From positions 1-64,000 of the IMG/VR virus record IMGVR_UViG_3300032030_000026: DNA of 64,000 nucleotides. One strand, 5' to 3'. The stretch is from a virus (lineage: Duplodnaviria; Caudoviricetes). Positions 9,542 through 19,719 of the stretch are shown here, piece by piece. Within the stretch, counting starts at the first letter, position 1. Every line of letters starts with the position of its first letter. Below the pieces are notes generated by a model. It was given only the letters and a program-made list of their open reading frames with translations, had not been told where the DNA came from and did not search any database. Both the position numbers and the translations under genes were made by a program.

Positions 9542-9950
9542 TAGCTAAAGTACCGGTATGTATCAAACTAAAATCATCCGGATACTCGAGAAATTCATGC
9601 GGATATTTTATATTGTGCCGAGATATAAATTTCGAAATAGTCTCATTATATCCGTTTGGAGTCCAATAAATATCGCAAATAATATAATTGGCTTTTAATT
9701 TTAATTTTAAAAAATCCCGGCCGGGACCGGTAAATATTAACGCTCCATTTCCATTATTCAATTCACATTGCTTGATAACATGTGTATTAGATAGCGAGCG
9801 TATGGCATCATCAAACAACTCAATATCCGACATTGCATGAGGTACAATTACGTATATATTGTTTTTATCTGCAAATATTTTTGAAAAATTATCTTGTTTG
9901 GCGGAGGATGTTCCTCTCCGGCCTATTATAGATTCGTCAATGTGTCTCAT
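9537..9950 (-). CDS. ESIIG-leader family protein
   Basis: N-terminus MRHIDESIIGRRG. Confidence 0.8.
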   Translation of the reverse strand: MRHIDESIIGRRGTSSAKQDNFSKIFADKNNIYVIVPHAMSDIELFDDAIRSLSNTHVIKQCELNNGNGALIFTGPGRDFLKLKLKANYIICDIYWTPNGYNETISKFISRHNIKYPHEFLEYPDDFSLIHTGTLAI

Positions 9951-10272
9951 TTTCTAGTCTTTTCTTTAATTTAGTGGGCGTATATGTTTTATAAAACACA
10001 TCGAAATTTTCATTTTCTATATTTTTCCAAAATTCATATCCATCCTCCGTGTTTTCCCACGTAAATGCACACATCAGTCCATCATTCCACAACCAGCTTA
10101 TATCAAAATCACCACGTCTAGCCAACAACGCCTCATGTATTATCAGAGTAATAATTTCCAACGGCCATCCTTTCATTTGTCCTTTAACATCTTTTTGGGT
10201 TAAACCATATGGATTAGGCCACAACACCTGCGCTCCTCTCCGCCCTATTATAGATTCGTTGATATGTTTCAT
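9937..10272 (-). CDS. ESIIG-leader family protein, WPNPY subfamily
   Basis: MKHINESIIGRRG; paralog of the next two genes. Confidence 0.85.
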   Translation of the reverse strand: MKHINESIIGRRGAQVLWPNPYGLTQKDVKGQMKGWPLEIITLIIHEALLARRGDFDISWLWNDGLMCAFTWENTEDGYEFWKNIENENFDVFYKTYTPTKLKKRLENETH

Positions 10273-10589
10273 TTTTCAATTATTTCTCTTAATTTTGCGG
10301 GAGTATATGTTTTATAAAACACATTAAATTTTCCATGTGCTATAGAATCCCAAAATTTATGTCCGTCCATTGATTTATTCCAATCAAATGCACAACTCAA
10401 TCCCTCTTTTTGCAGATCTTCTAAACCAAAATTATCTCTGACCAAATATGTTTCATATAATGCTAAAGTTATGATCTCCAATGGCCATCCCTTTATTTGT
10501 CCTTTAGCATCTTTTTGGGTCAAGTCATATGGATTTGGCCACGTGGTTGTTCCTTTCCTCCCTATTATAGATTCTTGTATATGTTTCAT
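10269..10589 (-). CDS. ESIIG-leader family protein, WPNPY subfamily
   Basis: MKHIQESIIGRKG. Confidence 0.85.
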   Translation of the reverse strand: MKHIQESIIGRKGTTTWPNPYDLTQKDAKGQIKGWPLEIITLALYETYLVRDNFGLEDLQKEGLSCAFDWNKSMDGHKFWDSIAHGKFNVFYKTYTPAKLREIIEK

Positions 10590-10909
10590 TCTTCTAGTCT
10601 TTTCTTTAATTTAGCGGGCGTATATGTTTTATAAAACACATCGAAATTTCCGCGATCTATTTTTTCCCAAAATGCATATCCATCCTTCGAGTTTTCCCAC
10701 GTAAATGCACACATCAGTCCATCATCCCATAGCCAGTTTATATCAAAATCACCACGTCTAGCTAACATCGCCTCATGTATTATCAGAGTAATAATTTCCA
10801 ACGGCCATCCTTTCATTTGTCCTTTAACATCTTTTTGAGTCAAACCATATGGATTTGGCCACGTGGTTGTTCCTTTCCGCCCTATTATAGATTCCTTGAT
10901 GTGTTTCAT
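10586..10909 (-). CDS. ESIIG-leader family protein, WPNPY subfamily
   Basis: MKHIKESIIGRKG. Confidence 0.85.
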   Translation of the reverse strand: MKHIKESIIGRKGTTTWPNPYGLTQKDVKGQMKGWPLEIITLIIHEAMLARRGDFDINWLWDDGLMCAFTWENSKDGYAFWEKIDRGNFDVFYKTYTPAKLKKRLEE

Positions 10910-11334
10910 TTCCGGTCAAATGTTTTTGTATAATCTTTCGAATATGGTGAGTTTCCGTTTGCAATTTTTTCTAATATAGTCGTATAGAACGTAATATAAG
11001 AGTCTTTTGGGTTTTTTGGTTTCCATTTCCAGACACCAATAATATCGAATTGTGTGACATCATATGCCCTGCCTGTCTTAAGGTATAAGTCATCATTATA
11101 GTCGCGGAGATATATGAAGTTTTGATCATATGGCGCGCCGCCTTTACGTATAGAAAACAATATTCCGTCCGAATCCCAGCGAGACAAACATCCGGTTATA
11201 TTCCAGGTATCTATGTCTTTAATTACCATTAAATAATCGCCGGCTCTAGTTTTTATAATATCTCTATTCGATAACATTGATTTTTTAAGCAAACTCCCTT
11301 TCCGCCCTATTATAGACTCGCTTATATGTTTCAT
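10906..11334 (-). CDS. ESIIG-leader family protein
   Basis: MKHISESIIGRKG. Confidence 0.85.
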   Translation of the reverse strand: MKHISESIIGRKGSLLKKSMLSNRDIIKTRAGDYLMVIKDIDTWNITGCLSRWDSDGILFSIRKGGAPYDQNFIYLRDYNDDLYLKTGRAYDVTQFDIIGVWKWKPKNPKDSYITFYTTILEKIANGNSPYSKDYTKTFDRK

Positions 11335-11786
11335 AATCTGCTTATGGTTTCTTCGGTTAATATCTTAAATAATATTCCGTTTTTCTTACAGAATTCCATA
11401 GCCGCCGCCCATTTGCTCCGGTTCCGGATGTATTCTTTCCAGGCATATCCATTAGGATCGAATGGTGTCTTGGGGGGAACGGTTTGATTCTTGGGTTTGA
11501 TCTCTATCAATACCTGAGATCCATCTTCCATGATCACAAAAAAATCCGGATAATAACGATGAGATTCTCCATCAAGTTTGTTTATATAGGGTATAGCCAT
11601 GCACTCTGATGCCCAGCTTTTGACTTTATGGGTATTTTCTAACCAATGTATGAATATCTTTTCATAAGAACTCCTATATATTATAGGCTCGCGGGACTGA
11701 GATTCTAGGAGCTTCTTGCAAGAATCCGGGTTTATATACCCTTGCTTGAATCTCTTTTTGGATGGCCGGACTTGCTTGATGTTCAT
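11331..11786 (-). CDS. head completion nuclease, T4 gp4-like (TnsA-type fold)
   Basis: YRSSYE, WASE..IPY, HRYYPDF, IEIKPK.QT, KW.AA..FC. Confidence 0.88.
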   Translation of the reverse strand: MNIKQVRPSKKRFKQGYINPDSCKKLLESQSREPIIYRSSYEKIFIHWLENTHKVKSWASECMAIPYINKLDGESHRYYPDFFVIMEDGSQVLIEIKPKNQTVPPKTPFDPNGYAWKEYIRNRSKWAAAMEFCKKNGILFKILTEETISRL

Positions 11787-12223
11787 AATCTGTCTTTAAA
11801 GTAATTATTATCTTGGAATATTTCCTTGATAGATTTCCCGTTATTGGTCACATGATGTATGATCTTTGTCACATCGAATGCGCCGCATGTATCCGGGATA
11901 CATTTAAGATTATTGACAAACATGGTTTCATGCTGCCAAAAATATAATTTTAATTCTAAATCATATAGAATGATAACACACTCATTTTTATCCAAACACC
12001 CTTTTAAAGTTTTTACGACATATCCGGTTTTTGTCTTATTCACAATTTTCAGACAATCTATAATTTCATCAATTCTGTCGCGAGCCGTACGATTATCCAG
12101 ATATATAGCCGTGCACGTGCCCGGATTGTGCTGGTTGTTTGTCAAAGCCAATACATCCCAGCATTTTGGATATTTGTTATATGTACCTTTCCGCCCTATT
12201 ATAGATTCATTGATGTGTTTCAT
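11783..12223 (-). CDS. ESIIG-leader family protein
   Basis: MKHINESIIGRKG; start reassigned to 12223 (or 12226). Confidence 0.8.
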   Translation of the reverse strand: MKHINESIIGRKGTYNKYPKCWDVLALTNNQHNPGTCTAIYLDNRTARDRIDEIIDCLKIVNKTKTGYVVKTLKGCLDKNECVIILYDLELKLYFWQHETMFVNNLKCIPDTCGAFDVTKIIHHVTNNGKSIKEIFQDNNYFKDRL

Positions 12224-12233
12224 CATATTTGGT

Positions 12234-12668
12234 TTATTTATAACTCCAAATTTCCTGACCGGTTGTTCCAACAGAAGCCATTTTTAGAATTTCGATATCA
12301 GTCTGTATGTTTTTTATATTTTTACGATCAAAAATATCGGGTATATGATTCTTGACATATTCCGGATTAGCCCGCCAGATGCTTGCCACATCTAAATCAT
12401 ATCCTCTGCCCGCCTCGTTGCTGAATTCTAAATTATTGTCGTATTCATAATCTGGAATATATCCCGATCCAAGTAAAACAAATTTAGTTGGGATAGCATT
12501 GTTGCCGAATTTATTACTAGCGTATTTCTGTCTGATTTTTTTATCAAAAACCACTATCCAGAACTCTCCATTCGCGGTTTGAACGATATCAAAATCCCTT
12601 AACAACGATTTCGGATTTGAAAATGATGACCCCTTTCTTCCTATTATAGATTCATTTATATGTTTCAT
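12234..12668 (-). CDS. ESIIG-leader family protein
   Basis: MKHINESIIGRKG. Confidence 0.85.
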   Translation of the reverse strand: MKHINESIIGRKGSSFSNPKSLLRDFDIVQTANGEFWIVVFDKKIRQKYASNKFGNNAIPTKFVLLGSGYIPDYEYDNNLEFSNEAGRGYDLDVASIWRANPEYVKNHIPDIFDRKNIKNIQTDIEILKMASVGTTGQEIWSYK

Positions 12669-12672
12669 AATA

Positions 12673-13098
12673 TTACTTTTTATATAGATAAAATGTTCTT
12701 CCGGCTATATTAACAAAAATTATATCCGCCTTCGCCGGCCTGCAAAACCATCGACCAGATTCTTCAAATTGAAATGCACCACATATATATTCTTGTTGTC
12801 CCTCTCTTCCATAAAGTTCATCAAGATCATTCCAAATTTGCATCCTGAAATTCCTATCACTAATATAACCTTCATAATTATCGGCATTCACGGGTCCGTA
12901 ATCTATCAAGCAAGAGGCTAATTCCCGAAAATCCGATTTTTGCTCAATTTTTTCTAACCACTTATCAAATTTATCAAAATTATTATATAATCCCTTAGCT
13001 TTGAGTTTCTTATCATCGAATATGAGTTCCGATATGAAATATTTCTTTGACGGATAATTTCCTTTTCTTCCTATTATAGATTCATTGATGTGTTTCAT
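12673..13098 (-). CDS. ESIIG-leader family protein
   Basis: MKHINESIIGRKG. Confidence 0.85.
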   Translation of the reverse strand: MKHINESIIGRKGNYPSKKYFISELIFDDKKLKAKGLYNNFDKFDKWLEKIEQKSDFRELASCLIDYGPVNADNYEGYISDRNFRMQIWNDLDELYGREGQQEYICGAFQFEESGRWFCRPAKADIIFVNIAGRTFYLYKK

Positions 13099-13132
13099 AT
13101 TATCTTTAATTGATTAAAAAAATACAACAAAA

Positions 13133-13189
13133 AACAAGCGATCTTCCGGTCGGATATATAAATGGTCATCCTATAGAAGATCGCTTGTT
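13133..13189. repeat. intergenic palindromic element (CGATC family)
   Basis: 14-bp perfect inverted repeat AACAAGCGATCTTC/GAAGATCGCTTGTT; relatives at 31252, 47494, 61498. Confidence 0.75.
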
Positions 13190-13207
13190 ATACGGAGGAT
13201 ATGAGCG

Positions 13208-14389
13208 TTATTTTACATATTTTATACAAGCGGCACAATCATATGCGGACTTGGATTTCTCATTCGGCATCTTGGTAATCTTGATCTTGCCGGATTGGAA
13301 TAGATCCCAAAGGCTATCCGGATTCAGTTTAGATTCTCCGATATTGATGTAATTCATGTTCGGATCCACTATCACAATCCGGTTAAAGCCTTCTACCTTA
13401 TAATATAGGAACATGTTTATAACACCATATATTATATTAGCATAATTATTGTCGCAGTTCCGGATCTGATCATGAGAGAGATGCTTATTGAGGAAATTTG
13501 TCACTTCCATTATGGTATTAGCATCGGACACACCCCAATAAGTACAGAATGCTTCCGCCAGAGCTTCTTGTAATCTGGTGCCCGGATTGTCTTCCAAATA
13601 AGAAGATATGCGCTGTAAAAACTCCTTGAAGGTACCTATCTTATTGAAGATCTCACCTTCCTCAAAATGATCGAATTTAGTATCAATCAGTCTTCTCAGG
13701 ACAAATTCGTCTTCCTTAGACCATTTATCCAGATACTTGTTAATGACATTCCGGAATTCTACGATAGATGCCGGAGACGGATAGTTATGAGACTTGCATC
13801 GGGGATCGGACTGGGCTTTGGTCTTGGAAGAAGCCTTCAGCTCTATGCCGATATTCTGTCCGAAGACATCTCCGTTTTTATGTGAAGATGGTACATTGGC
13901 ATTGATAGCATCATCGGAAAGGATCCGGAGCAAATACTCATAGTGCCCGACTTTCAGACCACCGGCCTGATTGTATTGGGCAATAGTCTTCAATGAACTG
14001 TCGCTGAACTGTATAGGATCTCCATTCTTGTCTTTCAGGTTAGCGAAGAGGTCCGGAATCCGGCCTTCGGTAATCCGGTTTGGAAATACGTCTTTCAGGG
14101 ACTTCCGATTGTGATTTTCCGGATCTATATAGCGGATGAACTCGATCAAGTCGTCGTTCTTCTCGAACCGATATAGAATATCTTCAATGATATCTTTGTT
14201 TTCTATTCCGTGATTCTTGAACCACTCTGATATGATATCTTCCATCCCTTCCGGATCGGATGATTTGATGATAGAATATATCCGGCGGAGCTTCTCCGAC
14301 TTGACCTTAGGTGTGCTGTTTAAGATATATTGCCGCAGATCGTTGTCCGATAGGGATATAGCTTCAACTAGGTAATTATACAATGACAT
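13208..14389 (-). CDS. hypothetical protein, possible PD-(D/E)XK nuclease fold
   Basis: VGHYEYLL ... GDV-x6-IELK. Confidence 0.5.
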   Translation of the reverse strand: MSLYNYLVEAISLSDNDLRQYILNSTPKVKSEKLRRIYSIIKSSDPEGMEDIISEWFKNHGIENKDIIEDILYRFEKNDDLIEFIRYIDPENHNRKSLKDVFPNRITEGRIPDLFANLKDKNGDPIQFSDSSLKTIAQYNQAGGLKVGHYEYLLRILSDDAINANVPSSHKNGDVFGQNIGIELKASSKTKAQSDPRCKSHNYPSPASIVEFRNVINKYLDKWSKEDEFVLRRLIDTKFDHFEEGEIFNKIGTFKEFLQRISSYLEDNPGTRLQEALAEAFCTYWGVSDANTIMEVTNFLNKHLSHDQIRNCDNNYANIIYGVINMFLYYKVEGFNRIVIVDPNMNYINIGESKLNPDSLWDLFQSGKIKITKMPNEKSKSAYDCAACIKYVK

Positions 14390-14418
14390 TTTTTTTTATT
14401 TTATTTTACATTTTCTTA

Positions 14419-16272
14419 TTAGAAACCAAATTTATTCCTATATATACCATGCAGCTGGTTTAAGGCGGCGAAGGTGCCGGTGAGCTTCATGACCCGGCCT
14501 TTATAGGTGAATACCACGCCTTCGACGGCACTCAGATTCTTATCCCCAATCCGTTTGATCTGAACCAGAGTCTTATTGATAGCATCCGGATCGTTACTAT
14601 CTAATATAGCGGTCCAGGCGTTCAACATATCTTTTCTTAGTACATCCGTTACATAGCGCTCGCAGTTAGCATTGATAAATCCATCGCATATCTTCATAAA
14701 GTCTATGCCTATGCCCATGAATAACTCATCAAGAGGTTCCATAACTTTTTGGACATATTCCTTTCCGGGTCCCTTAAGTTCTTCATAATGATCAGGATAT
14801 ACTTTCTTTAATTCCGTGACTCGAACCGTTTTGTCATCATTGAACCATCTATTGAAGATCACACCTACCATCTCGGTCATCCATTGTGGCTTGACTTCCT
14901 CAAATTTTTTCTTCTTCCAGTCTTCCAGTGTTGTATTAAGATCTAAATCTAAGTCTTTATATAGTTTTTTAATACCATCAATATATTTTTTCTTATAACT
15001 TTCGGTATCCTCCATAGTCTTGATAATGATATCGGGGCGCGGAGCTACTCGACCGGCATATACTCCGGTATTTACGATATCATATATATCTTCCACGTGC
15101 CCTTCTACTTTCCGGTATTCTTCCCACCCATTCTCACCTTTTTTGTAAATCACATAACCATGAAAAGCTACCATATCACTAGCATATATCATTACATTGG
15201 TCTTGCCGGAGGTGATACATTCGCAATTGATGACTTTCCTGGTATCCGGTCTTGGATTGAAATATCGGGTTCCTAGCTGTGAGAATATGCCGCGAATAAT
15301 CTCTCCGGCTTTCACAAATACATCCCGGACTCTCGGATTCATAGCCCATTTGTTAGCCATATCCTCGATAGTCATGCCGCCTTGTTCGGAGTTTAGGTCC
15401 GACTTATTGCGGATGAATACTACTTCGCCGTCTTCATTCATGGTGGCATATATGTTAGTGCCATCCAGCTTTTCCTTGACATGTTCTATCTTGCCGGAGA
15501 ATAAGGTTCCGACAAGGTTGCAAAGATCTTTGCCGGTAAGCTCAGTGTAATCATAAGGGTGTGCCATATGTCCGGCGGCGCCGCCTTCCAAGATCATATT
15601 CAAGTAACCTCTCAGGCTTCTAGATTCTTTTATACCACCCTCCAAGTCTCTCAAGAACCTTCCAAAAGCATCACAGAACTCTCCGAACATGCCGCCTGTC
15701 CCTTTAGGCATCATCTTTTCGAACGCGGATTGATTTTTCTCTAATATAGATTTCCGAACCAATGAGCCGCTCACACTAGAGCTCCTGCCGGAACCGATAT
15801 TGGGTTCTAACTTGCCTTCCAATTCCGGAAAGCTCTTGATGAGTGTCTTATATTTTTCAACTCGGTCGTCTCCGCACATCAGATATTGAGGTTCATATTC
15901 GTCATCCTTGACTTTGTTATTGAAATCTTCTACAGCCTCATAGGCATTTTTGACATAGACAATATCTATTATATCTTTTTTATAGTTTCTCTTGACTATA
16001 TCTAATTCTTTTTCAATAAGATCATTAGAAAACGGCCGTTTCAGGATTTCTTTTTCTCTTTCGGTGAGATCTCCTTTGCCGGTCCTGGCAAATTCCGATA
16101 CTCTTTCTAATTCCTGCTTGGATATTTTCTTGCCTTTGATCTTAGAAGGATCCCTGTCCGAAGAATTGATTCTATATATAATACAAGGTAGCTCGCCTTC
16201 CAATATCATATTGAGATGACCTTGAGTAAACGGTTGGAACCGACCTATGGTTATATTTACTTTCTTTGACAT
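14419..16272 (-). CDS. cytidyltransferase-like domain fused to a ligase-like nucleotidyltransferase domain
   Basis: GRFQPFTQGH and CGDDR; then GGAAGHMAHPYD, EKLDG, EGVVF, MKL. Confidence 0.75.
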   Translation of the reverse strand: MSKKVNITIGRFQPFTQGHLNMILEGELPCIIYRINSSDRDPSKIKGKKISKQELERVSEFARTGKGDLTEREKEILKRPFSNDLIEKELDIVKRNYKKDIIDIVYVKNAYEAVEDFNNKVKDDEYEPQYLMCGDDRVEKYKTLIKSFPELEGKLEPNIGSGRSSSVSGSLVRKSILEKNQSAFEKMMPKGTGGMFGEFCDAFGRFLRDLEGGIKESRSLRGYLNMILEGGAAGHMAHPYDYTELTGKDLCNLVGTLFSGKIEHVKEKLDGTNIYATMNEDGEVVFIRNKSDLNSEQGGMTIEDMANKWAMNPRVRDVFVKAGEIIRGIFSQLGTRYFNPRPDTRKVINCECITSGKTNVMIYASDMVAFHGYVIYKKGENGWEEYRKVEGHVEDIYDIVNTGVYAGRVAPRPDIIIKTMEDTESYKKKYIDGIKKLYKDLDLDLNTTLEDWKKKKFEEVKPQWMTEMVGVIFNRWFNDDKTVRVTELKKVYPDHYEELKGPGKEYVQKVMEPLDELFMGIGIDFMKICDGFINANCERYVTDVLRKDMLNAWTAILDSNDPDAINKTLVQIKRIGDKNLSAVEGVVFTYKGRVMKLTGTFAALNQLHGIYRNKFGF

Positions 16273-16287
16273 ATATTGTAAGTTTCT

Positions 16288-16641
16288 TTATATTATTCCG
16301 TTTTTGACAATTTTTTCTAATTCGTTTTGTGTATATGTGGGAAATTTTAAAGATATATTAGGTAGTTGTGAAGTTTTGAATATCTTAATCACATCAATGT
16401 CCCGGTCAAATAAACATTTTAGATTTTTATCAAAGTTCCTAATATCGCAAAGATATACGTCTTCACAAAAACCGGTACATATATTTGCATTTCCAAAAAA
16501 GTCCGTAGTCATAAACATCCTATACTCTCCGTTTCTCCACTGCACTATATCACCTTCATCCAGATTCTCTTTCCGGGGAAGAGCTTTCGTGATCCCACCA
16601 TTTCCTTTTTTTCCAATTATAGATTCGCTTATATGTTTCAT
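16288..16641 (-). CDS. ESIIG-leader family protein
   Basis: MKHISESIIGKKG; ATG 16641. Confidence 0.8.
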   Translation of the reverse strand: MKHISESIIGKKGNGGITKALPRKENLDEGDIVQWRNGEYRMFMTTDFFGNANICTGFCEDVYLCDIRNFDKNLKCLFDRDIDVIKIFKTSQLPNISLKFPTYTQNELEKIVKNGII

Positions 16642-16703
16642 TAACAAATTTTCAATTGATTAAATAATATATTGTATAACTGAAAACATATGCCCGGTAA
16701 CTG

Positions 16704-16714
16704 TATTTTTTATA
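16704..16714 (+). promoter_or_regulatory. putative late promoter TATTTTTTATA
   Basis: Exact copies at 33347, 46194 and 51167 (minus strand), all just upstream of starts. Confidence 0.45.
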
Positions 16715-16729
16715 CATAAAACGTTTATA

Positions 16730-19708
16730 ATGAGAGATACTTTTATAGATATTCAGGCAAGTCGTCCATATAATGGAGATCCTCCATATATATTCCGATT
16801 CGAAGAAGGCCAATCGGTAGGGTTAAATTATATTAAGAAGATTTGTATGGTCTCGGATAATCCGGAAGCCACCATCCGGACCGAATCCGACCAGACTATA
16901 TTCCGGATCCTGAAAATGACCCAGGATATTCCTAACACCGTAGAGACTATTAAGATGAATCTTAAGGTATATGCGGACTTAGAAAACCTTATCGCCGAAA
17001 ATAATGAGTGGACTTGTAGTGGTTTTCCTTACCATCTAGCATATAATCCGACACAAGGCGATCCTCCGGGCACTCCAACCAGGACCGTATATATTTATAT
17101 GTTTTATATTCTTGGAAGATCCGAAGATCCCGGCGAATATGTTGGAGATTTTTGGATTAATGATAGTGAATATAGAATATCAGCGGACTTTTATGTAGAA
17201 AATGAAATATTAAAAGAAAATCTGAGGAACTTTGAAAGCAAGCTTCCGGAGAGCATCCAGAAAGCTATATACAAAAATAATGTTCACGAGGAATTAAACG
17301 ATAATATTCTTATCAATCGCAAGAATAAAGAACTCTTGATGAATTATATGAGCATTATGGGAAATAAAGGCTCTTATGATTCTATCTTGAATTCTATAAA
17401 TTGGTTTGAATGGGGTGATCTTTTGAGGCTGGAAGAATTTTGGAAGAGATATATTAATGATGATCTAGACTATGATTATTTTGCTACCGAACTCAACCAT
17501 CAGCTTACTCCGGAAGATGTCCGTCAACTTACAAATCATGTCAAATCTACATTTCTAGGTATATATTGCGCATTGAATAAGCTGCAGATTGTAGATGGCA
17601 AAATAGCTTATCAGGATAGTTTCGGACGTACTAATATCCAATCCATGACCAGTTGGCAGGATAGAGACGCGTCGCACATGTATGCTCCTGAAGATATGTA
17701 TCACCTATATGTAGAAGGAGATCATACCGTAGAACCCGCCATAATTGTTCCAATAAATTCCTTACCGGATGAAGAATGGGATGATCTGAGACCGGTGGAT
17801 CTTTCCGGAGCGGACGCCGCTGAAATCGGTACCGAAGAAGTTATACCCGGAAGTCAATTTGCACAATATCATCCCGGCACTATGGCTCCCGGAAGCAATG
17901 CTCCGGGAAATTGGGCAAGGATTGAGAATCCTGATGGAACTATAGACTGGATAGAAATAACAAGTGGAAATACCGGATCAATACCGACCGGAGCTACTTT
18001 CTGGAATATAGATTTCAACTATATTTATAATGAGCAAATGCCTAATGTGCTGAGACAATTTGCTATGTGGTCCGGCCAGGATCTTTCTTTAAAGATGACA
18101 GTATTGGGTAATTTCTTTTCGTCATTTTTCATGCCTATACACCTCGATCTGATTCATTCCTGCATAGAATATTGGGCTTATGCATATGCGTTGAAGATGA
18201 TATATACTCAGTCAATGGATCAAAAAGGTTATATAATAGGACCGGAAAGCTTCGATATGGTATGGGAAAGTGATCTTAAAATATCTCCCCATCTGGAAAC
18301 TCGGGTATATAAGAATACATTATTCCGGAATTATAATACGGAAAAAATATTCGGGTTTTCCACGGATGTTTTAGATCATGTGTCTGATAATGATGATGGT
18401 GAAGATGTAAAAAAATATAATGAAGATGTTTTAAAGTATTTTTATGCCGGAGAATGCTGCCCCGTAAGATTCATAGGTAAAATATATACAAAAACGGATG
18501 ATCATAATATATCTATTTATAGACAAAAGCTGATATGGATCAGAAACGGAGGATCTGCCGAATTTATAAAGGATAACATATCATCTTATCATGAATATCA
18601 TTTCTTTAAAGATCCGGATACGGAAGAATATTATGAAATCAATGATTCCAATAGGGGTTTACTATTAGAATACATTCAAGATCCTTCTACCGGATTGCCT
18701 AATGATGGATACACATATTCAAAGAATTATGGAGGTATAGTTTCAAACGTAAGTGTACAGCCGGATATTGAATATGTAAGAGATAGCATTTCTCAATATG
18801 CATCCGGACATTACTATATAGATGACTCCGGGAACATCCTGCCCATAACGGATGCCAATAAAAATACACTTGAAAAATCTAGGGCAACTACATATTCGAA
18901 AATGTGTGTATTTAATTTAGATTTTAAAGTAGGATTTAAGGAATCTGGAAAGTATGAGCTCCGTATGGAGTTTTTAGCTACCAATAGCCGAGTATTCACT
19001 AAGGTCTTTAATATTGATATATCCGATTATATGCATAACCGGGTAGATGTTATGAAATTGGTGCCCGCCAAATATATTGACTGGTCTTTAGCAAATTCTC
19101 CAATAGATCTTTATCAATATGCCAATATTGATGCACTATCGGATAATTTTAAAGACTCGGATATCATGTTACAAAGTCATTTTTTCTCCGCTAATAATTA
19201 TGGCGATCCCGATAAAGCCGGACTTAATCATACACTTATAGGCATTATAGAAGAAAATTATGAATTTGATGGTGATTCCGATTTTGACCCGGAACTAAGC
19301 GCTACTATATGGCATAGGGGATCAGACGAAACCGGATCGGATGGAGTATCCGGTCCTAGAAGCGATTCGCCATTCGAGGGAACCATAATAACTTGGGTAA
19401 GAGATGGACAGCCCGCTACTTGGCGGAGTGATGATGGTGTCGCAAAATGGCCTACGGAATGGGGTGATTATACGGTTGAAAAATCTTTAGAATACGTGGA
19501 TGTTCCGATACCGGATACTTATCGCAATGGGAGATTGAATAATCTTATATCCGACTTAGAAGAAAAATTTCCGGATTATTGGTGGAGTTGGGATAGAATT
19601 CAAATATCAAAAAGAGATAATACCGTAGTTAAAGCATACCCATTTGACCCATATCCAAAAGGAAATGTTGAGCAGAGAAACTATCCGGATGATTATCCGG
19701 CACAATAA
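16730..19708 (+). CDS. large virion structural protein, baseplate-wedge-like
   Basis: 992 aa; NKGSYDSILNSINWFEWG resembles wedge KG-S/T motifs; FFMPIH. Confidence 0.55.
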   Translation: MRDTFIDIQASRPYNGDPPYIFRFEEGQSVGLNYIKKICMVSDNPEATIRTESDQTIFRILKMTQDIPNTVETIKMNLKVYADLENLIAENNEWTCSGFPYHLAYNPTQGDPPGTPTRTVYIYMFYILGRSEDPGEYVGDFWINDSEYRISADFYVENEILKENLRNFESKLPESIQKAIYKNNVHEELNDNILINRKNKELLMNYMSIMGNKGSYDSILNSINWFEWGDLLRLEEFWKRYINDDLDYDYFATELNHQLTPEDVRQLTNHVKSTFLGIYCALNKLQIVDGKIAYQDSFGRTNIQSMTSWQDRDASHMYAPEDMYHLYVEGDHTVEPAIIVPINSLPDEEWDDLRPVDLSGADAAEIGTEEVIPGSQFAQYHPGTMAPGSNAPGNWARIENPDGTIDWIEITSGNTGSIPTGATFWNIDFNYIYNEQMPNVLRQFAMWSGQDLSLKMTVLGNFFSSFFMPIHLDLIHSCIEYWAYAYALKMIYTQSMDQKGYIIGPESFDMVWESDLKISPHLETRVYKNTLFRNYNTEKIFGFSTDVLDHVSDNDDGEDVKKYNEDVLKYFYAGECCPVRFIGKIYTKTDDHNISIYRQKLIWIRNGGSAEFIKDNISSYHEYHFFKDPDTEEYYEINDSNRGLLLEYIQDPSTGLPNDGYTYSKNYGGIVSNVSVQPDIEYVRDSISQYASGHYYIDDSGNILPITDANKNTLEKSRATTYSKMCVFNLDFKVGFKESGKYELRMEFLATNSRVFTKVFNIDISDYMHNRVDVMKLVPAKYIDWSLANSPIDLYQYANIDALSDNFKDSDIMLQSHFFSANNYGDPDKAGLNHTLIGIIEENYEFDGDSDFDPELSATIWHRGSDETGSDGVSGPRSDSPFEGTIITWVRDGQPATWRSDDGVAKWPTEWGDYTVEKSLEYVDVPIPDTYRNGRLNNLISDLEEKFPDYWWSWDRIQISKRDNTVVKAYPFDPYPKGNVEQRNYPDDYPAQ

Positions 19709-19719
19709 ATAAAAAAAAT

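Noticed and set aside
11331-11786. Tn7 TnsA transposon
   Set aside because: Motifs and size match T4 gp4 head completion, with no tnsB/tnsC or transposon ends.
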